Of a stretch of DNA of 64,000 nucleotides, positions 1 through 11,091 are shown in pieces. Origin of the DNA: Nemertoderma westbladi (taxonomy: Eukaryota; Animalia; Xenacoelomorpha); contig JAUCBJ010003349.1 of the NCBI GenBank assembly GCA_032718475.1, positions 19,666 to 83,665 on the forward strand, in the 5' to 3' direction. The position numbers were made by a program, and so were the translations under genes. The notes beneath the pieces are model-generated. The model worked only from the letters and a program-made list of their open reading frames with translations, did no database searches and had not been told where the DNA came from. Numbering within the stretch: the stretch's first letter is position 1; each line of letters begins with the position of its first letter.

Positions 1-2814
1 TATATAAGTATAATTCTGGACTAGAATTAATTACAAAGTACCGGTATAATTTCAGCCTAAATTTATAGAAATAAAGATAATAGGTCTATTGTAAATACTG
101 GTATATCAATTATTTTAAATAATTGAATTTCTGAATTTTAGGGTTACTTGGTTACTTTACTTACTTTATTACCGTTATTTGAGCAGTAGTCCAACTGATA
201 TTGAGACCTAATGGTTGTATGGTAGGCCTACTATTTATAAATCGTTAGATTTGATTTATAATATATATATACCCGTTTAATGGGTTTTGTCAGTATTTGA
301 AATAAATGTTATTATTTCTGGGAAGGAGTCACTACACAGAAGCTGTGCGCTCTCAGTGAAGTGCTACTTGTTGGACTCTAAAACAAATAATTCTAATTTA
401 CCTAAGTTACTTAATACTACAAATTACGTACAATTCGGGTGAGATTACAATCTCTAAATAAACACAAAAATTTACAAAAAACACAAATACGAATTTTTAG
501 GGTAATTTTACAAGAAGTCTACAAACCAGCCTAACAAAGGGTTAGAAATCTGGTTATTACAACGGACAGGGTACTACGGTATTTGAAAATAATAAGTAGT
601 AGTAAATACACTGCGTTGTCCAGATAGGAAAATACCACCGCCTGACGACCTATAGCCGTATCGCTATAGGTACTACGTTATGTATCACGGAGTGTCCCTA
701 CCTTGAAGCTAATTACCGCGGTCTACCAGAACCAACGTGCCTATTAACCACTTTACAACACAAATATACTGCCTACACACTAATTACCTTCGGAAAGCAC
801 TGTACACTAAACCCTAAATTAGGTACGAGTACTTGTACAACAGATAATCAGTAGTTAAAAATACTTGAACAGCCAAAAGAACCACGGCATCTGCTGGAGT
901 GACCGGTGCACAAAATCACCAGTCTTTACCTACGCCAAGCAGCCCGTGTAGTACCGGGGTTAATTTAACTATAGCGGTATGTATAACAAGCACAATTACT
1001 GTAGGAATAAACTTGGGGACATGAATGTTGCGAATAATCGCATAAACTCTGAATAATAAATATTACGCAATGCGTACAAACTACTCAAACAAAATGCAGA
1101 CTAAATGCTGACAGACTACTATCAAGCCTAAATAAACCACAGTACATGCAGACTCCAAAATGGTTAGTTAGTATGCGCGCTAACCGAGTAGTACGACTTA
1201 TTCTTTAAGAGGGGGTTTACCTCACAGCACTGGAAGCCCCTACTTACTAACTGGCACTTTATTGGACATACACTCTACACACACTACAGTCCTTCAGACT
1301 TAACAACAGTCAGACAACAGCTCAGCCTACAAATTCTCTATACAATCTGAACAGGCTTACACGCCTTCTGCTCAATATTGGCCTACAAACAAATAAAACT
1401 GACAGAAATAAGTAAACCATACAAAGGAATAAGGGGTGATCAATCCCTAATCCCTTAGCAGCCTACAATATACAATATATCACAATCGAAATAATACTGC
1501 TGTACCTGTACTGCAGTAAGTACCGGTACGGGTGATCAGGCAGTCAGGCCTACTGGTTAACGGTCGACCGGTACTTTAGCTTTATTGCCTACCGCAATAC
1601 AGAAGCAATATCTGCTATTGTTCTTTACCAGAACAATATTAAACTGCATTTAGTGCCTACACTGCAACACAGACTAGATATCCGTTATTGTTCGCGCTTT
1701 CAGACCTTTGGCAGTTTAACCCGCCAAATTAGGATGTCTTCTAGATAATAAATCGCTTTTAGCCTCTGACAAGTATTTGATTCACTACACTAGTTGAAAC
1801 CAATCCGTGCGCGATCATTCACCCGCTGGATATACCCGGGAGATTGACTTCGACGGCTTAATCTTATTGCTATGTAAGCCTAATGTATTATTCGACTGAC
1901 AGTATTATATAATCTCTGACAATATTATTCACCTTCGGGGAATATTAACAGTTCCCTTTGGACGTGGCGCTCTATCTATATAAACAGAGCTATGACTTAA
2001 ACTACATGCAACTATATGGCTCAGTTATAATTCACATATATGGCGCATTCTTTAGGAAATGCTTCGTTATCAGTCTCACTCATACACAATGCTGCACAAT
2101 ACTGCACACTGATCTGCCGATCTTCACTGATTTTAGTCACATATAAAAGGAACACAGACCGACTCATGTAGGGTCTATCAGATAACATTAGATTCACTTC
2201 AAACCACTTTAACATAAGTCACAATCGTTATATGTAACCTGTCTCTCTTACCTTCGGTATATCAAGAATATTGGGTTTTCGGGGTTATTTCTCGTTATTC
2301 CAAATATAATATTTAATCAACCATATAATGAAGAACCGACAGTAAATAGCAGTATAACAGTATAAAAGAATGATAAGTTAAGTTTGAGAGTTGATGTGAT
2401 GGTGTGATCAGATTTGTTATGAGTTTTGATGAGATAACGGATATATGTCCTTATAATTAAGCCTACTAGTGTTAGGCTAAAAGCAGAAAAACACAAATAT
2501 TCCAAAAGCCGTTCTTTCCTGGCTCAGGACAGAATGATAACACTGCCCATAATGCATTGCGTGATTTCTCGGAAATTTCTGTACAAGAGCCGTAAAAACG
2601 CTCTGATTGGTTGACTAAACTAAGAGATGCCGTAGAACAAAGAAAATCGACACGTATGAATATCAGCTGTTAACCGTCGTCATAGTAACTACTGTTCAAG
2701 AGTATCTAGCCCCTTTTGCGTCACGGAATTGCCATAGAATCACCAACCATGTCTTCCAAAGTACACATACGGAAGAAATAGCTCTTAGGTCCTCTAAAAA
2801 ACACCGATACAGCA

Positions 2815-3111
2815 ATGATACGGCCTCTTACGCCTACTAAACCAACTACAGAGTATTTTACGGGAAAAATAAGGAAAAATAACCGGGCAATTCCGCAAAA
2901 GCTTTTACAACTTGCTCGGGCCTCAGTTGGACAGCTAGAGCCACGTCGAGAAACTTTAGAATCTAAAACATTTGATAGACGCATAAAGACGGTCTGCACT
3001 GAGATTACCAACCAACAGCGCACTGTGGAGAGCTTTCTCATTGGTGTCGGCGAGAACATAGAGTTATTAAAGAGAAGAAAGTCATTGTTTTCAAATATCA
3101 ACCTTAAGTAA
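2815..3111 (+). pseudogene. Possible C-terminal fragment of a Mutator/MULE-type transposase
   Basis: KPTTEYFTGKIRK...KLLQL...KTFDRRIKTVCTE...ESFLIGVGENI resembles the recalled C-terminal pattern of animal MULE transposases (HPxIWKFIxxLKK...DxRIKxIV...EYLRGIAHN); no catalytic core is present. Confidence 0.35.
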
Positions 3112-3312
3112 CGTAAGTAACGTTTTAGTTTAGTTTTAGTAACAATGTTATCATGTATTATTATGTGTATTGTATATTATGTTTATTAACTACAGTATTC
3201 ATGAAAATTATAAGAATAGTTTATAATTCAACTGTGAAATTATTTAACAATTTTTTTATGCCGGGATACAACTTGTCCTTTTTTTTGGAAGACAAGTTGT
3301 ATCCAGGAAAAT

Positions 3313-3400
3313 TGGATACAAGATGTCTGGATACAACTTGTCTGGATACAACTTGTCTGGATACAACTTGTCTGGATACAACTTGTCTGGGTTCAACTTG
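3313..3400 (+). repeat. 15-bp tandem repeat (tctggatacaacttg), about 5 copies
   Basis: Directly visible; gives (CLDTT)n in ORF 3153..3860; shares the ACAAG/CTTGT core with the repeats at 10325-10505. Confidence 0.9.
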
Positions 3401-3407
3401 TCCTGTA

Positions 3408-3860
3408 ACCGATGGAATTATCAAGAGAGGGTTGTTTGTTCTTCCTTCTAAACTTTGTAACAAGTTAACTGTGAAAATTAAAGGGTCTGGTCGACGGTAT
3501 TGGCGTCCTTCCATTATGGATTGCAAAGAGTCGTTTATTATGGAAGCAGCAGATCATGCTGAAATGGATAAAAAGATAACGGAAATGGCGGACAAGTACC
3601 TTGAGAAGGGGCTTACTATTAATCCTTTCGTAGTCTACCATGTGGATACACAACAGGCTACTGTCATTTATAATGACATGCGTTTTGTTTGGTCAAGCAT
3701 CGTTCAAGCTATCGACTTAACCTTCAAACTTGCTCATGTGTGTAATCTACAGTACCAAGATGCTTGTCTACCGATCTGGTTATTCTTCGTGCGCTTATTT
3801 GGCATTCCTCCAACTGAAATATCGAAGGTCTCCAGCCTCTTGTCTGATTTGGAAATGTGA
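3408..3860 (+). CDS. CACTA/EnSpm-associated accessory protein, C-terminal part (5' boundary uncertain)
   Basis: WRPSIMDCKESFI...INPFVV...SIVQAIDLTFKLAHVCNLQYQDACLPIWLFF matches the AxDxxFKxxxVxNLxYxxxCxxxWxF motif of second-ORF proteins of animal EnSpm-like transposons; the N-terminal part of ORF 3153 is AT-rich or repeat-derived and probably non-coding. Confidence 0.55.
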   Translation, partial: TDGIIKRGLFVLPSKLCNKLTVKIKGSGRRYWRPSIMDCKESFIMEAADHAEMDKKITEMADKYLEKGLTINPFVVYHVDTQQATVIYNDMRFVWSSIVQAIDLTFKLAHVCNLQYQDACLPIWLFFVRLFGIPPTEISKVSSLLSDLEM

Positions 3861-4199
3861 CAATGGTGTTATTTTATAAATATACGATTTTAATTGTTGA
3901 CCTTCCCTATTGCAAGTTGATCGGATAAGTTTGCTACTCGTAACTTTTGCATAATGTAGATAGAGATATATTTGAGGTTGCCAATTATAAATAAGGAATA
4001 TTTTTATACGTATACGGATATAAGGGTATAATTAATTACATACCCTTAAGCCAAAGGTGTTCTTCATTTTAATAAGGGGATATATATATATATATTAAAT
4101 AAGTTTTTAATGGAATTATAGGTATAAATATTTTAATTTTTCTGTACCCGTAATGCAAGTTTATTATTAAAAACAACATATTGCTAACATTTGAATTAA

Positions 4200-4386
4200 A
4201 GTATAGGCCTAGCGCCCTCTGCTATCTAATGAGTCGGGCCTTCGTGCAGTAAAGCGGCAACCCATATCAGCGAACAGTTATCCTTATATATACTATGGCT
4301 AGTTTATTTATTATTGGATATATTGGCTTCCGACACAGACACCCACCCCGACTTTTGAAAAACGGCCATAGTATAATTATAAGAGT
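4200..4386 (+). mobile_element. Short Helentron-like (HINE) 3' fragment
   Basis: ttggcttccgacac...gactttt-gaaaacggcc-tagtataattat is shared with 47670-47740; ggccttcgtgcag resembles 47396 and 60985. Confidence 0.45.
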
Positions 4387-4813
4387 TCGCTGATGGATCG
4401 CAGTTTTGTCTCTCCCCCCACTATAGGCCTTGCGATTGGTAATAATGAAATTATTTATTTGATAAACCAAAGTAAAATATTACAATTTTTAAGTTCTCGA
4501 CCGCGAGTATACATATATAACAGATTTTTATATAAATTTGTATTTATTATATACGTATAAAAATATATATATTTTATATATAATTGTCAACCCTAGTTTT
4601 ATTCTCATGTTTTGGCTGTTAATGAGACGAGACTCGTTTAAATGCTGATTTTGTCTAATCTTTAAAATAATTGTTAATGTTTTGTCTGTGTTAAAATTGA
4701 AACGAATGTCAGTCAAGCTGTATTTTCATTAATCATTTGATGGTAATGTGGTGGGTCGTGGGTCATATTAAGGTGATTTGCAAACACAAATATTTATATA
4801 ATACATTATAAGG

Positions 4814-5124
4814 TGTATGTGGGGGAATCTACTCTCGGTCCCGCATACCTGTTAACGGGACGCCGTGCAGGCAATGTTGTAACGCCGAAACATGTAATGC
4901 CGGAGCAGATAAGTATAATAATATATAATGAATATATCGAATAAAGGTAGCCTACTGGGCTACACGGATCTAGGTCCAAACATAGTACTGCTGTACCGGT
5001 AGATATGACAGTCGGTACTGATATCCTAAGTATCTACAGATGACAGACACAGTCAGACTCTCGGTCGTCATCCAAAGTGAAAGTAAGTAGTGCCGGTACT
5101 GGTACCATAGTCGCTATTGCCACA
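4814..5124 (-). repeat. 3' LTR (311 bp)
   Basis: Direct repeat of 9707-10016 with about 6 substitutions and 1 indel by manual comparison. Confidence 0.95.
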
Positions 5125-5192
5125 CCCCCTTTCGAGCTCGGGTTAGCTGTCTGAGGCGGTGCCGAGCTAAAATTCGTTCATCAAAATTCATG

Positions 5193-8100
5193 TCAAAGTC
5201 GGTCGGGTGGCTGACATACCCGCCTCGGGTATTTGGAAACTGAAAGTTTCTCAAATTGTTGAGTTTCGATGAGGGGTTCACGCCAGAGTACGAGTTTGGG
5301 GGCTGTGGGTGTCACGTCCGGGGTTGGTAGGCCCGTGGGTGTCTCCTGGTGGGCGGTGTCCGGAATAAGTAGGCGTCGGTTCCGGATGAGTGTGCGTCCG
5401 GAAGGCATCCGGACAGTATACTTCCGGTGTTTACCGGACTCAACGATGGTGCCGGTGCGCTCCCACCGTTTATTGGTCGGGTGTTGAACCCGGACCCTGG
5501 TGCCCACCGCGAGTGGTTCCAGGGCCTTCGCTCCGCGGTTATATTGGGCGGTCCTTGTTGATTTTAATGCCGGCGCCACTCGGTCTAGCTCCGTCCGGGT
5601 CTCCTGGAGTGTCCGAGCGAAGGCGCTGTGGTGGGCCGGAACGCGCGATCTCATAGGATGGCCGAACACGATGTCCGCTGGGGAGAAGCCGCTCTCCCTG
5701 GGGCTGTTTCGGAGTTCCAGGAGCCCCTCCTGAAACGCGGCGGAGGTCGTTGACCCCCCAGTCTTCTCCAGTAGGCGCTTGAGGGCCTTCACTGCTGATT
5801 CAGCGTGCCCGTTACTCTGGGGGTATTCTGGCGACGATGTGACCGGTGTGACCCCCCAGTCTTTTAGGAAGCTGGTCAGCTCTGTTGCTGTGAACTGGGT
5901 TCCGCCGTCCGACCGGAAACGGGTTGGTACCCCGTAGCGGACGAACCAGTCACGCAGGGCGGTGGTTGTCCGGGCAGCGGTGGGTGGGGCGGAGAAACTG
6001 TAGATTTCCGGCCATCCGGAATATCTGTCTGCGGTGGCGAGGAAATGTTTCCCGTCGAGTGAGAAGAAATCTCCCGAGATATCTTCAAACGGGCGAGTTG
6101 GTGGGGGCTCCGTCAGAAATGGTTCCTTGGTCTGACTTGACCGACAGGCCAGACACACGCTGCAGGCGCCCACGGACGTCCGGATGTCGTTGGTGATGCC
6201 CGGCCAGTATACACACTGCCGGGCGCGACGTAGCGTTTTTTCCACCCCCTGGTGTGCCGCGTGTAGGCGTGCGAGGGTGGATTTCCGGGACCCTGTGGGG
6301 ACCACAATACGGTGGCCGAATAAGGCCAGGTCCCCGTCCGTAGTTAACTGGTCCCGGGCGGACCAGTATATGTTGACAGCCGGTTCCTTCCGGCCGGATT
6401 CCGGGAAGCCCGACTCAATGGCCGCGAGTAGGGCTTTATAGTCCGGGTCGTCCCGAGCCACTCGGGCGAGTTCCTCGAGGACGGGATCCGCGAGGTGGGC
6501 GGAGTCGGAGCCGGTTATGTCGGCGGCGGACTGGCGGGTGACTGCCCTGATGTAGGTCGCCATGTCCCCATCGTCGACGATGTCATCGGGTGTGGGGTCA
6601 TTGACCGGGGCGCGGGACAACGCATCGGCGATGGCGTGGTCCTTCCCCTTGGTCCACGTGGTGGTAAACTGGTACGGGGCCAGTTTAGTCTTGAGGCGTT
6701 GGAGGCGGGTGTTGTCTGTCGCGTCCACCATATACTTGTCAATGATTGTGACGAGCGGTTGGTGGTCGACAATCAAGTTGAAGTGGGGGAGGCCGAGAAG
6801 ATACAGCCGGCACTTCTGGACGGCCCATACGACGGCGAGGAGCTCGAGTTCCACCATGGCGTACCTGGACTCCGTGTCGGTGGTGAACCTCGAGCCGCAC
6901 TCGATCAGCCTCCAATCCTCCCCGTACCGCTGGAGGAGGGCGTATCCGAGGCCCTTCAGCCGGGAGGCGTCGGTAACGAGGCGGGTCTCCCGGGTCGTGT
7001 CGAACGGGGCGAGGGTCGGTGGGGTTGTGAGCGCCAGTTTAGTGGCCTCGAAGGCCCGTTCGTGGTCCCCCGTCCAGGTGAAGGTCGCCTTCGTACTGAG
7101 GAGGGGGCGGAGCGGAGATATGGCGGCGGCGATGTTGCCGGAGAACGGAGCGAGTTGCTCCACGAGTCCCACGAAGCTGCGGAGGTCAGTGATGTTCCCT
7201 GGGCGGGGGAAGGCGGCGATCGCCTTCAGTTTCTCCGGGTCGGCCTTGATACCGGAGGCGCCGACGAGGTACCCAGCGAACCGAACCTCGGCCTGGGCGA
7301 ACTGCACCTTCCCAGGGTGCAGCGTAATGCCGTGGGTCCGGCACCGCTCCATGAACCGGCCGACGTTGGCCAGGTGCTCCTCCATGGTGTCGTTGTAGAG
7401 GAGCACGTCGTCTACAACCTTGATGAGGTTGGGGAGTCCCTGGAGTGCGTCGTCGCCCCGCCGGTTAAACTCATCTCCGGACGAGATGAGCCCCATGACG
7501 CTGCGGGTGTGACGGTACCGGCCCCAGGGAGTCGCGAAGGTTGTGAGGAGTTGTGACTCCTCGTCCAGGGGAACCTGCCAGTAGCCACTGGCGGCGTCAA
7601 ACACCGAGAAAACCTGGGCGGTGGAAGAAACTCCGGCCACCGCCGACCGTGGACTCGGGGTGGGATAGTAGGGACGTCGCACCTGCGAGTTTAAGTGGCG
7701 GAGGTCGACGCAAAGTCGCAGTTTACCCCCCGGTTTTCTCGCCACTGTCATCGGGTGGGCCCAGTCTGTTGGCTCGTCGACCCGGGCGATGACTTCCCTC
7801 CGTTCCAGGTTGTCGAGGAGACCCTTTACCTCGTCCCGCATCGCGAACGGGATGGGTCGCGCGCCGTTGACGTGGAACGGCGTCGCCCCGTCTTTCAGCA
7901 GGATGTGCATGGGCGGGCCGTGCATCATCGGGAGCGGGGCGGAGTCGTCGTCGAAGACGTCGTCGAACTCGCGGAGGTAGTCGTCCCGGGAGCGGGTCGC
8001 CGGGGATGGAGCGACGGAGGCGACGGTTCCTCGGCTGCGGAGGGGAGCCGGGAAGTTCCGCGGGAGGATGTCGAGGTCCTGGATGGTCCTCTTGGAGAGG

Positions 8101-9608
8101 ATTAAACCGTCGGACTCCGGGGAGATAACCAGTTCGGTGATCGCCTTCGCCCCGAAGTATTCGAGCTCCACCGGGAACCGCCCCACGGCCGCCATGGGGA
8201 GCCGGTTCGCCGCCTCGAACTTGTCGTCTTCCCGTAGCGGGAGGAGGTCGGCATGGCGACCCCCGAGTTGAAGGAAGAGTTTCTCGTTGAGGACAGAGGC
8301 AGCCGCTCCGCTATCCGGGAGGGAGTGGCGGGCCCGTCCCATAAACCGGTTGGTCCTCGAGTTTGTTACATCGACAGAGATGTAGTTTAGGTCGCAGCTG
8401 GTCCGGTCTTTGTCCGAGCTGTGGACGCTCCGTTGTCGGAAGATCGTCGAAACCTTCGACGATTTGGGTGCGGGTTTGGACCGGCACACCGACTTGAAGT
8501 GCCCCGTCTTGCCGCAGGCGTGGCACGTGATACCCTTGGCGGGGCAGTCCTTCCCCTTGTCGTGGTTTCGCCCACAGTTGCCGCAACTGTTGGATGCATT
8601 GGTTCGACGGGAAGGGTCGGGGGACGAGTAGCGAGAACCCGCCGGGGTGCGGGAGGCCGCCGGGGTTCGGGAAACCGAACGTTCGCGTTTGTAGGAGGAG
8701 AGTTTGTGGATCGGTTTCCCGCTCGCCAGAATGGAGTCGTTCCTCTCGCTGGCCTCCACACTCTGCGCGATCCGCACGCAGTCCTCGAGGGTTGGCTGCG
8801 GGAGCACCTTGAGCAGCTCGGTGCGGGTCTCCGAGCACCGCACACCCACGAGGATTTGGGTAACGATCTGCCGGTCCCGGCAGTGGCCGCAGAGTTCGGC
8901 GGTGTCCGCGAGGTCCTCCAGGGCCACCCTGAAGGAGTCGAACCCCTCGTTCCCACCTTGGCGGCGCTCGTGAAACTTGATGGCGTCGATCGCGATGCTC
9001 CGTTTGGAGCGGAGGTGGGCCTGGAGAGCGTCGAGGATCGTCTCCGGGGTCGTCTCGTCCGAGTCGATGTCAACCTGGAGGGTGACGCGGATGGTCTCCT
9101 GGAGGTCGCTGCCCAGGGCGGCGACGAGAGCGTAAACCTGCTCCGCCCTGGGGAACGTGGCGACCTGCTGCCGGTGGGCGTGGACCCTCCACGCCTGTCT
9201 CCACCGGCGGAACGAGGAGAAGTCGACGTCCGCGTCGATCTTCTCCATGGCGGAGATGTCGATAACCCGGCGTCGTGGAGCTGGGTTCGTAGCGGCTCCC
9301 GCGTATGTGGGTTGGGTCGCCGGCGGTCCCGGTGCGGCGGCCGCCGCCACGCCGGGTTGTAAAGCCGCGAGGAGTTGAGCGATGCGGTCGTCCGCGGCCG
9401 CCTGGCGACGGTTGGCATCTTCCTGCTGTTGCGCCAGCAGCTGAGCCATAGCAGTCTGTTGTTGGGCGAGAATACGCGCGAGGTCGTCCATCCGGATAGG
9501 AGTGTGACTGCCGCCTCGGGCTTCTATAGTTTCGTCGCCGTCGCTGCTACTGCTGTCCGCCGTGGGCGGTGACGTGGGTTTTTGCTTCCCTTTAGATTTA
9601 GGCGGCAT
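5193..9608 (-). CDS. Gag-Pol polyprotein, 1471 aa, uninterrupted
   Basis: Two Zn knuckles (CGNCGRNH...C; CHACGKTGHFKSVC), protease LPDSGA, RT LRLCVDLRHLN / FDAASGYWQ / VVDD, RNase H TDAS...ELEL...DHQPL, integrase HAAH...CSVC, SDGGTQF, SNGHAE. Confidence 0.97.
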   Translation of the reverse strand: MPPKSKGKQKPTSPPTADSSSSDGDETIEARGGSHTPIRMDDLARILAQQQTAMAQLLAQQQEDANRRQAAADDRIAQLLAALQPGVAAAAAPGPPATQPTYAGAATNPAPRRRVIDISAMEKIDADVDFSSFRRWRQAWRVHAHRQQVATFPRAEQVYALVAALGSDLQETIRVTLQVDIDSDETTPETILDALQAHLRSKRSIAIDAIKFHERRQGGNEGFDSFRVALEDLADTAELCGHCRDRQIVTQILVGVRCSETRTELLKVLPQPTLEDCVRIAQSVEASERNDSILASGKPIHKLSSYKRERSVSRTPAASRTPAGSRYSSPDPSRRTNASNSCGNCGRNHDKGKDCPAKGITCHACGKTGHFKSVCRSKPAPKSSKVSTIFRQRSVHSSDKDRTSCDLNYISVDVTNSRTNRFMGRARHSLPDSGAAASVLNEKLFLQLGGRHADLLPLREDDKFEAANRLPMAAVGRFPVELEYFGAKAITELVISPESDGLILSKRTIQDLDILPRNFPAPLRSRGTVASVAPSPATRSRDDYLREFDDVFDDDSAPLPMMHGPPMHILLKDGATPFHVNGARPIPFAMRDEVKGLLDNLERREVIARVDEPTDWAHPMTVARKPGGKLRLCVDLRHLNSQVRRPYYPTPSPRSAVAGVSSTAQVFSVFDAASGYWQVPLDEESQLLTTFATPWGRYRHTRSVMGLISSGDEFNRRGDDALQGLPNLIKVVDDVLLYNDTMEEHLANVGRFMERCRTHGITLHPGKVQFAQAEVRFAGYLVGASGIKADPEKLKAIAAFPRPGNITDLRSFVGLVEQLAPFSGNIAAAISPLRPLLSTKATFTWTGDHERAFEATKLALTTPPTLAPFDTTRETRLVTDASRLKGLGYALLQRYGEDWRLIECGSRFTTDTESRYAMVELELLAVVWAVQKCRLYLLGLPHFNLIVDHQPLVTIIDKYMVDATDNTRLQRLKTKLAPYQFTTTWTKGKDHAIADALSRAPVNDPTPDDIVDDGDMATYIRAVTRQSAADITGSDSAHLADPVLEELARVARDDPDYKALLAAIESGFPESGRKEPAVNIYWSARDQLTTDGDLALFGHRIVVPTGSRKSTLARLHAAHQGVEKTLRRARQCVYWPGITNDIRTSVGACSVCLACRSSQTKEPFLTEPPPTRPFEDISGDFFSLDGKHFLATADRYSGWPEIYSFSAPPTAARTTTALRDWFVRYGVPTRFRSDGGTQFTATELTSFLKDWGVTPVTSSPEYPQSNGHAESAVKALKRLLEKTGGSTTSAAFQEGLLELRNSPRESGFSPADIVFGHPMRSRVPAHHSAFARTLQETRTELDRVAPALKSTRTAQYNRGAKALEPLAVGTRVRVQHPTNKRWERTGTIVESGKHRKYTVRMPSGRTLIRNRRLLIPDTAHQETPTGLPTPDVTPTAPKLVLWREPLIETQQFEKLSVSKYPRRVCQPPDRL

Positions 9609-9694
9609 GGGCCCAAATTATCAAATACGTAGGAAACAAATTAGTAGTGTTGGAGATCCCGTAGAGGTTTCTCCCTGTCACAGGTGACGGTAAA

Positions 9695-9706
9695 CTCACT
9701 GCGCCA
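9695..9706 (-). promoter_or_regulatory. Primer binding site, probably tRNA-Ser-type
   Basis: TGGCGCAGTGAG adjacent to the 5' LTR; similar to the complement of animal tRNA-Ser 3' ends (tRNA identity is an inference). Confidence 0.65.
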
Positions 9707-10016
9707 TGTATGTGGGGGAATCTACTCTCGGTCCCGCATACCTGTTAACGGGACGCCGTGCAGGCAATGTTGTAAAGTCGAAACATGTAATGCCGGAGCA
9801 GATAAGTATAATAATATATAATGTATATATCGAATAAAGGTAGCCTACTGGGCTACACGGATCTAGGTCCAAACATAGTACTGCTGTACCGGTAGATAGG
9901 ACAGTCGGTACTGATATCCTAAGTATCTACAGATGACAGACACAGTCAGACTCTCGGTCGTCATCAAAGTGAAAGTATATAGTGCCGGTACTGGTACCAT
10001 AGTCGCTATTGCCACA
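9707..10016 (-). repeat. 5' LTR (310 bp)
   Basis: Direct repeat of 4814-5124. Confidence 0.95.
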
Positions 10017-11091
10017 TAAGGCCAATTATTGTATGTTTTTAAATAAACCAAATGAAATAGCCGAAAATAATGAATCCTATTCCAGCAACCAGAACTCCTA
10101 TCGCAACTAAAAATATCCGGCTTTTATTGATTAATAAATAATATTTATTAAACAATAAATAAAATAATGAATTATTTTGATATAATTTAATTAATGTAAT
10201 AATAAGTAATTGTTTATAATATGTATCTATTATCTATTCGATTTCACATATATATCTTGGGGTGTCGACATTGAAAGTACCAGTATAATCTTGTATTTTT
10301 CCCTTTTAATCTGTGTATTCTGATTGACAAGATAAAAATGGACCTTATACAAACAGTGGGCTAATTACCCAGGAATATTTGTCATTATCACAAGATGTAT
10401 GTTACAAGTTGCCTAGATAATATGGTTAGATAAAATCACAAGATAAGTTTACTGATTTAACAAAATATATTTCTGCACAGGTTTGACAAGATTTTCTTGT
10501 CAAACTGCACCTTTTTTTTGCATTTTCACTATGTAATTTTTAGAGTGAAACGAAAACTGCACTTGCTGGGATCAAACCCACCACGACCACCGGATAAATG
10601 TGAATTCAAGACCACGGATTTAAACTAGGCAGGGGGGGAAACTGAACGCAAAACCCGCCTTGGCGAATTAATATCCCGCCTCAATGTTAAATTCTCAATT
10701 TAGGGAAAGGAGCAGGTTACAGTGGCATGTTATTTTAACCAAAACAATTAACTAAACACATTAGAACAGGTTACAGTTTTATTTTTGATAGTAATCAATT
10801 GTTATTTGCGTCCAATTTCCCCTGGGGAGGGATGAATTTTTATTGCGTCCAGTCATATTTATATTTATCCAATAATGACATCTGAAGCATTTATGAAACC
10901 CGCATCGGATTGAAATTAAGGTTAAATATGTTATATATATTAATTGATTAGTAACACAAATGAGATTTATCCAATAATATCAATACCAAAGGAAACATAA
11001 CATAATTTAATTAACGAAATAACGAAATTTAATTATACTAATTGTATGTCCTTAACTCCGCAAAATTTCTTAGATTAGTTCCTGATCACTT

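Larger units (their letters stand above)
4814..10016 (-). mobile_element. Full-length Ty3/Gypsy LTR retrotransposon (Mag-like)
   Basis: TG...CA LTRs at 4814-5124 and 9707-10016; 5-bp TSD TAAGG at 4809-4813 and 10017-10021; PBS TGGCGCAGTGAG directly after the 5' LTR; PPT AAAGGGGG before the 3' LTR; PR-RT-RH-IN order. Confidence 0.97.
3200..10547. mobile_element. Right part of a probable CACTA/EnSpm DNA transposon (left end not identified)
   Basis: Terminus reads CACTCTAAAAATTACATAGTGAAAA on the minus strand from 10547; clustered subterminal ACAAG(A/T)T repeats at 10325-10505, including the inverted pair ttgacaaga-ttt-tcttgtcaa; accessory ORF upstream. Confidence 0.5.

Noticed and set aside
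300-1500. Gene written in mirror (reversed, non-complemented) orientation
   Set aside because: Partial manual translation gave only short frames (longest seen about 74 codons); the odd texture is better explained by CAT depletion
5269-9572. Many overlapping or antisense ORFs up to 353 aa
   Set aside because: Expected shadows of a GC-rich coding sequence
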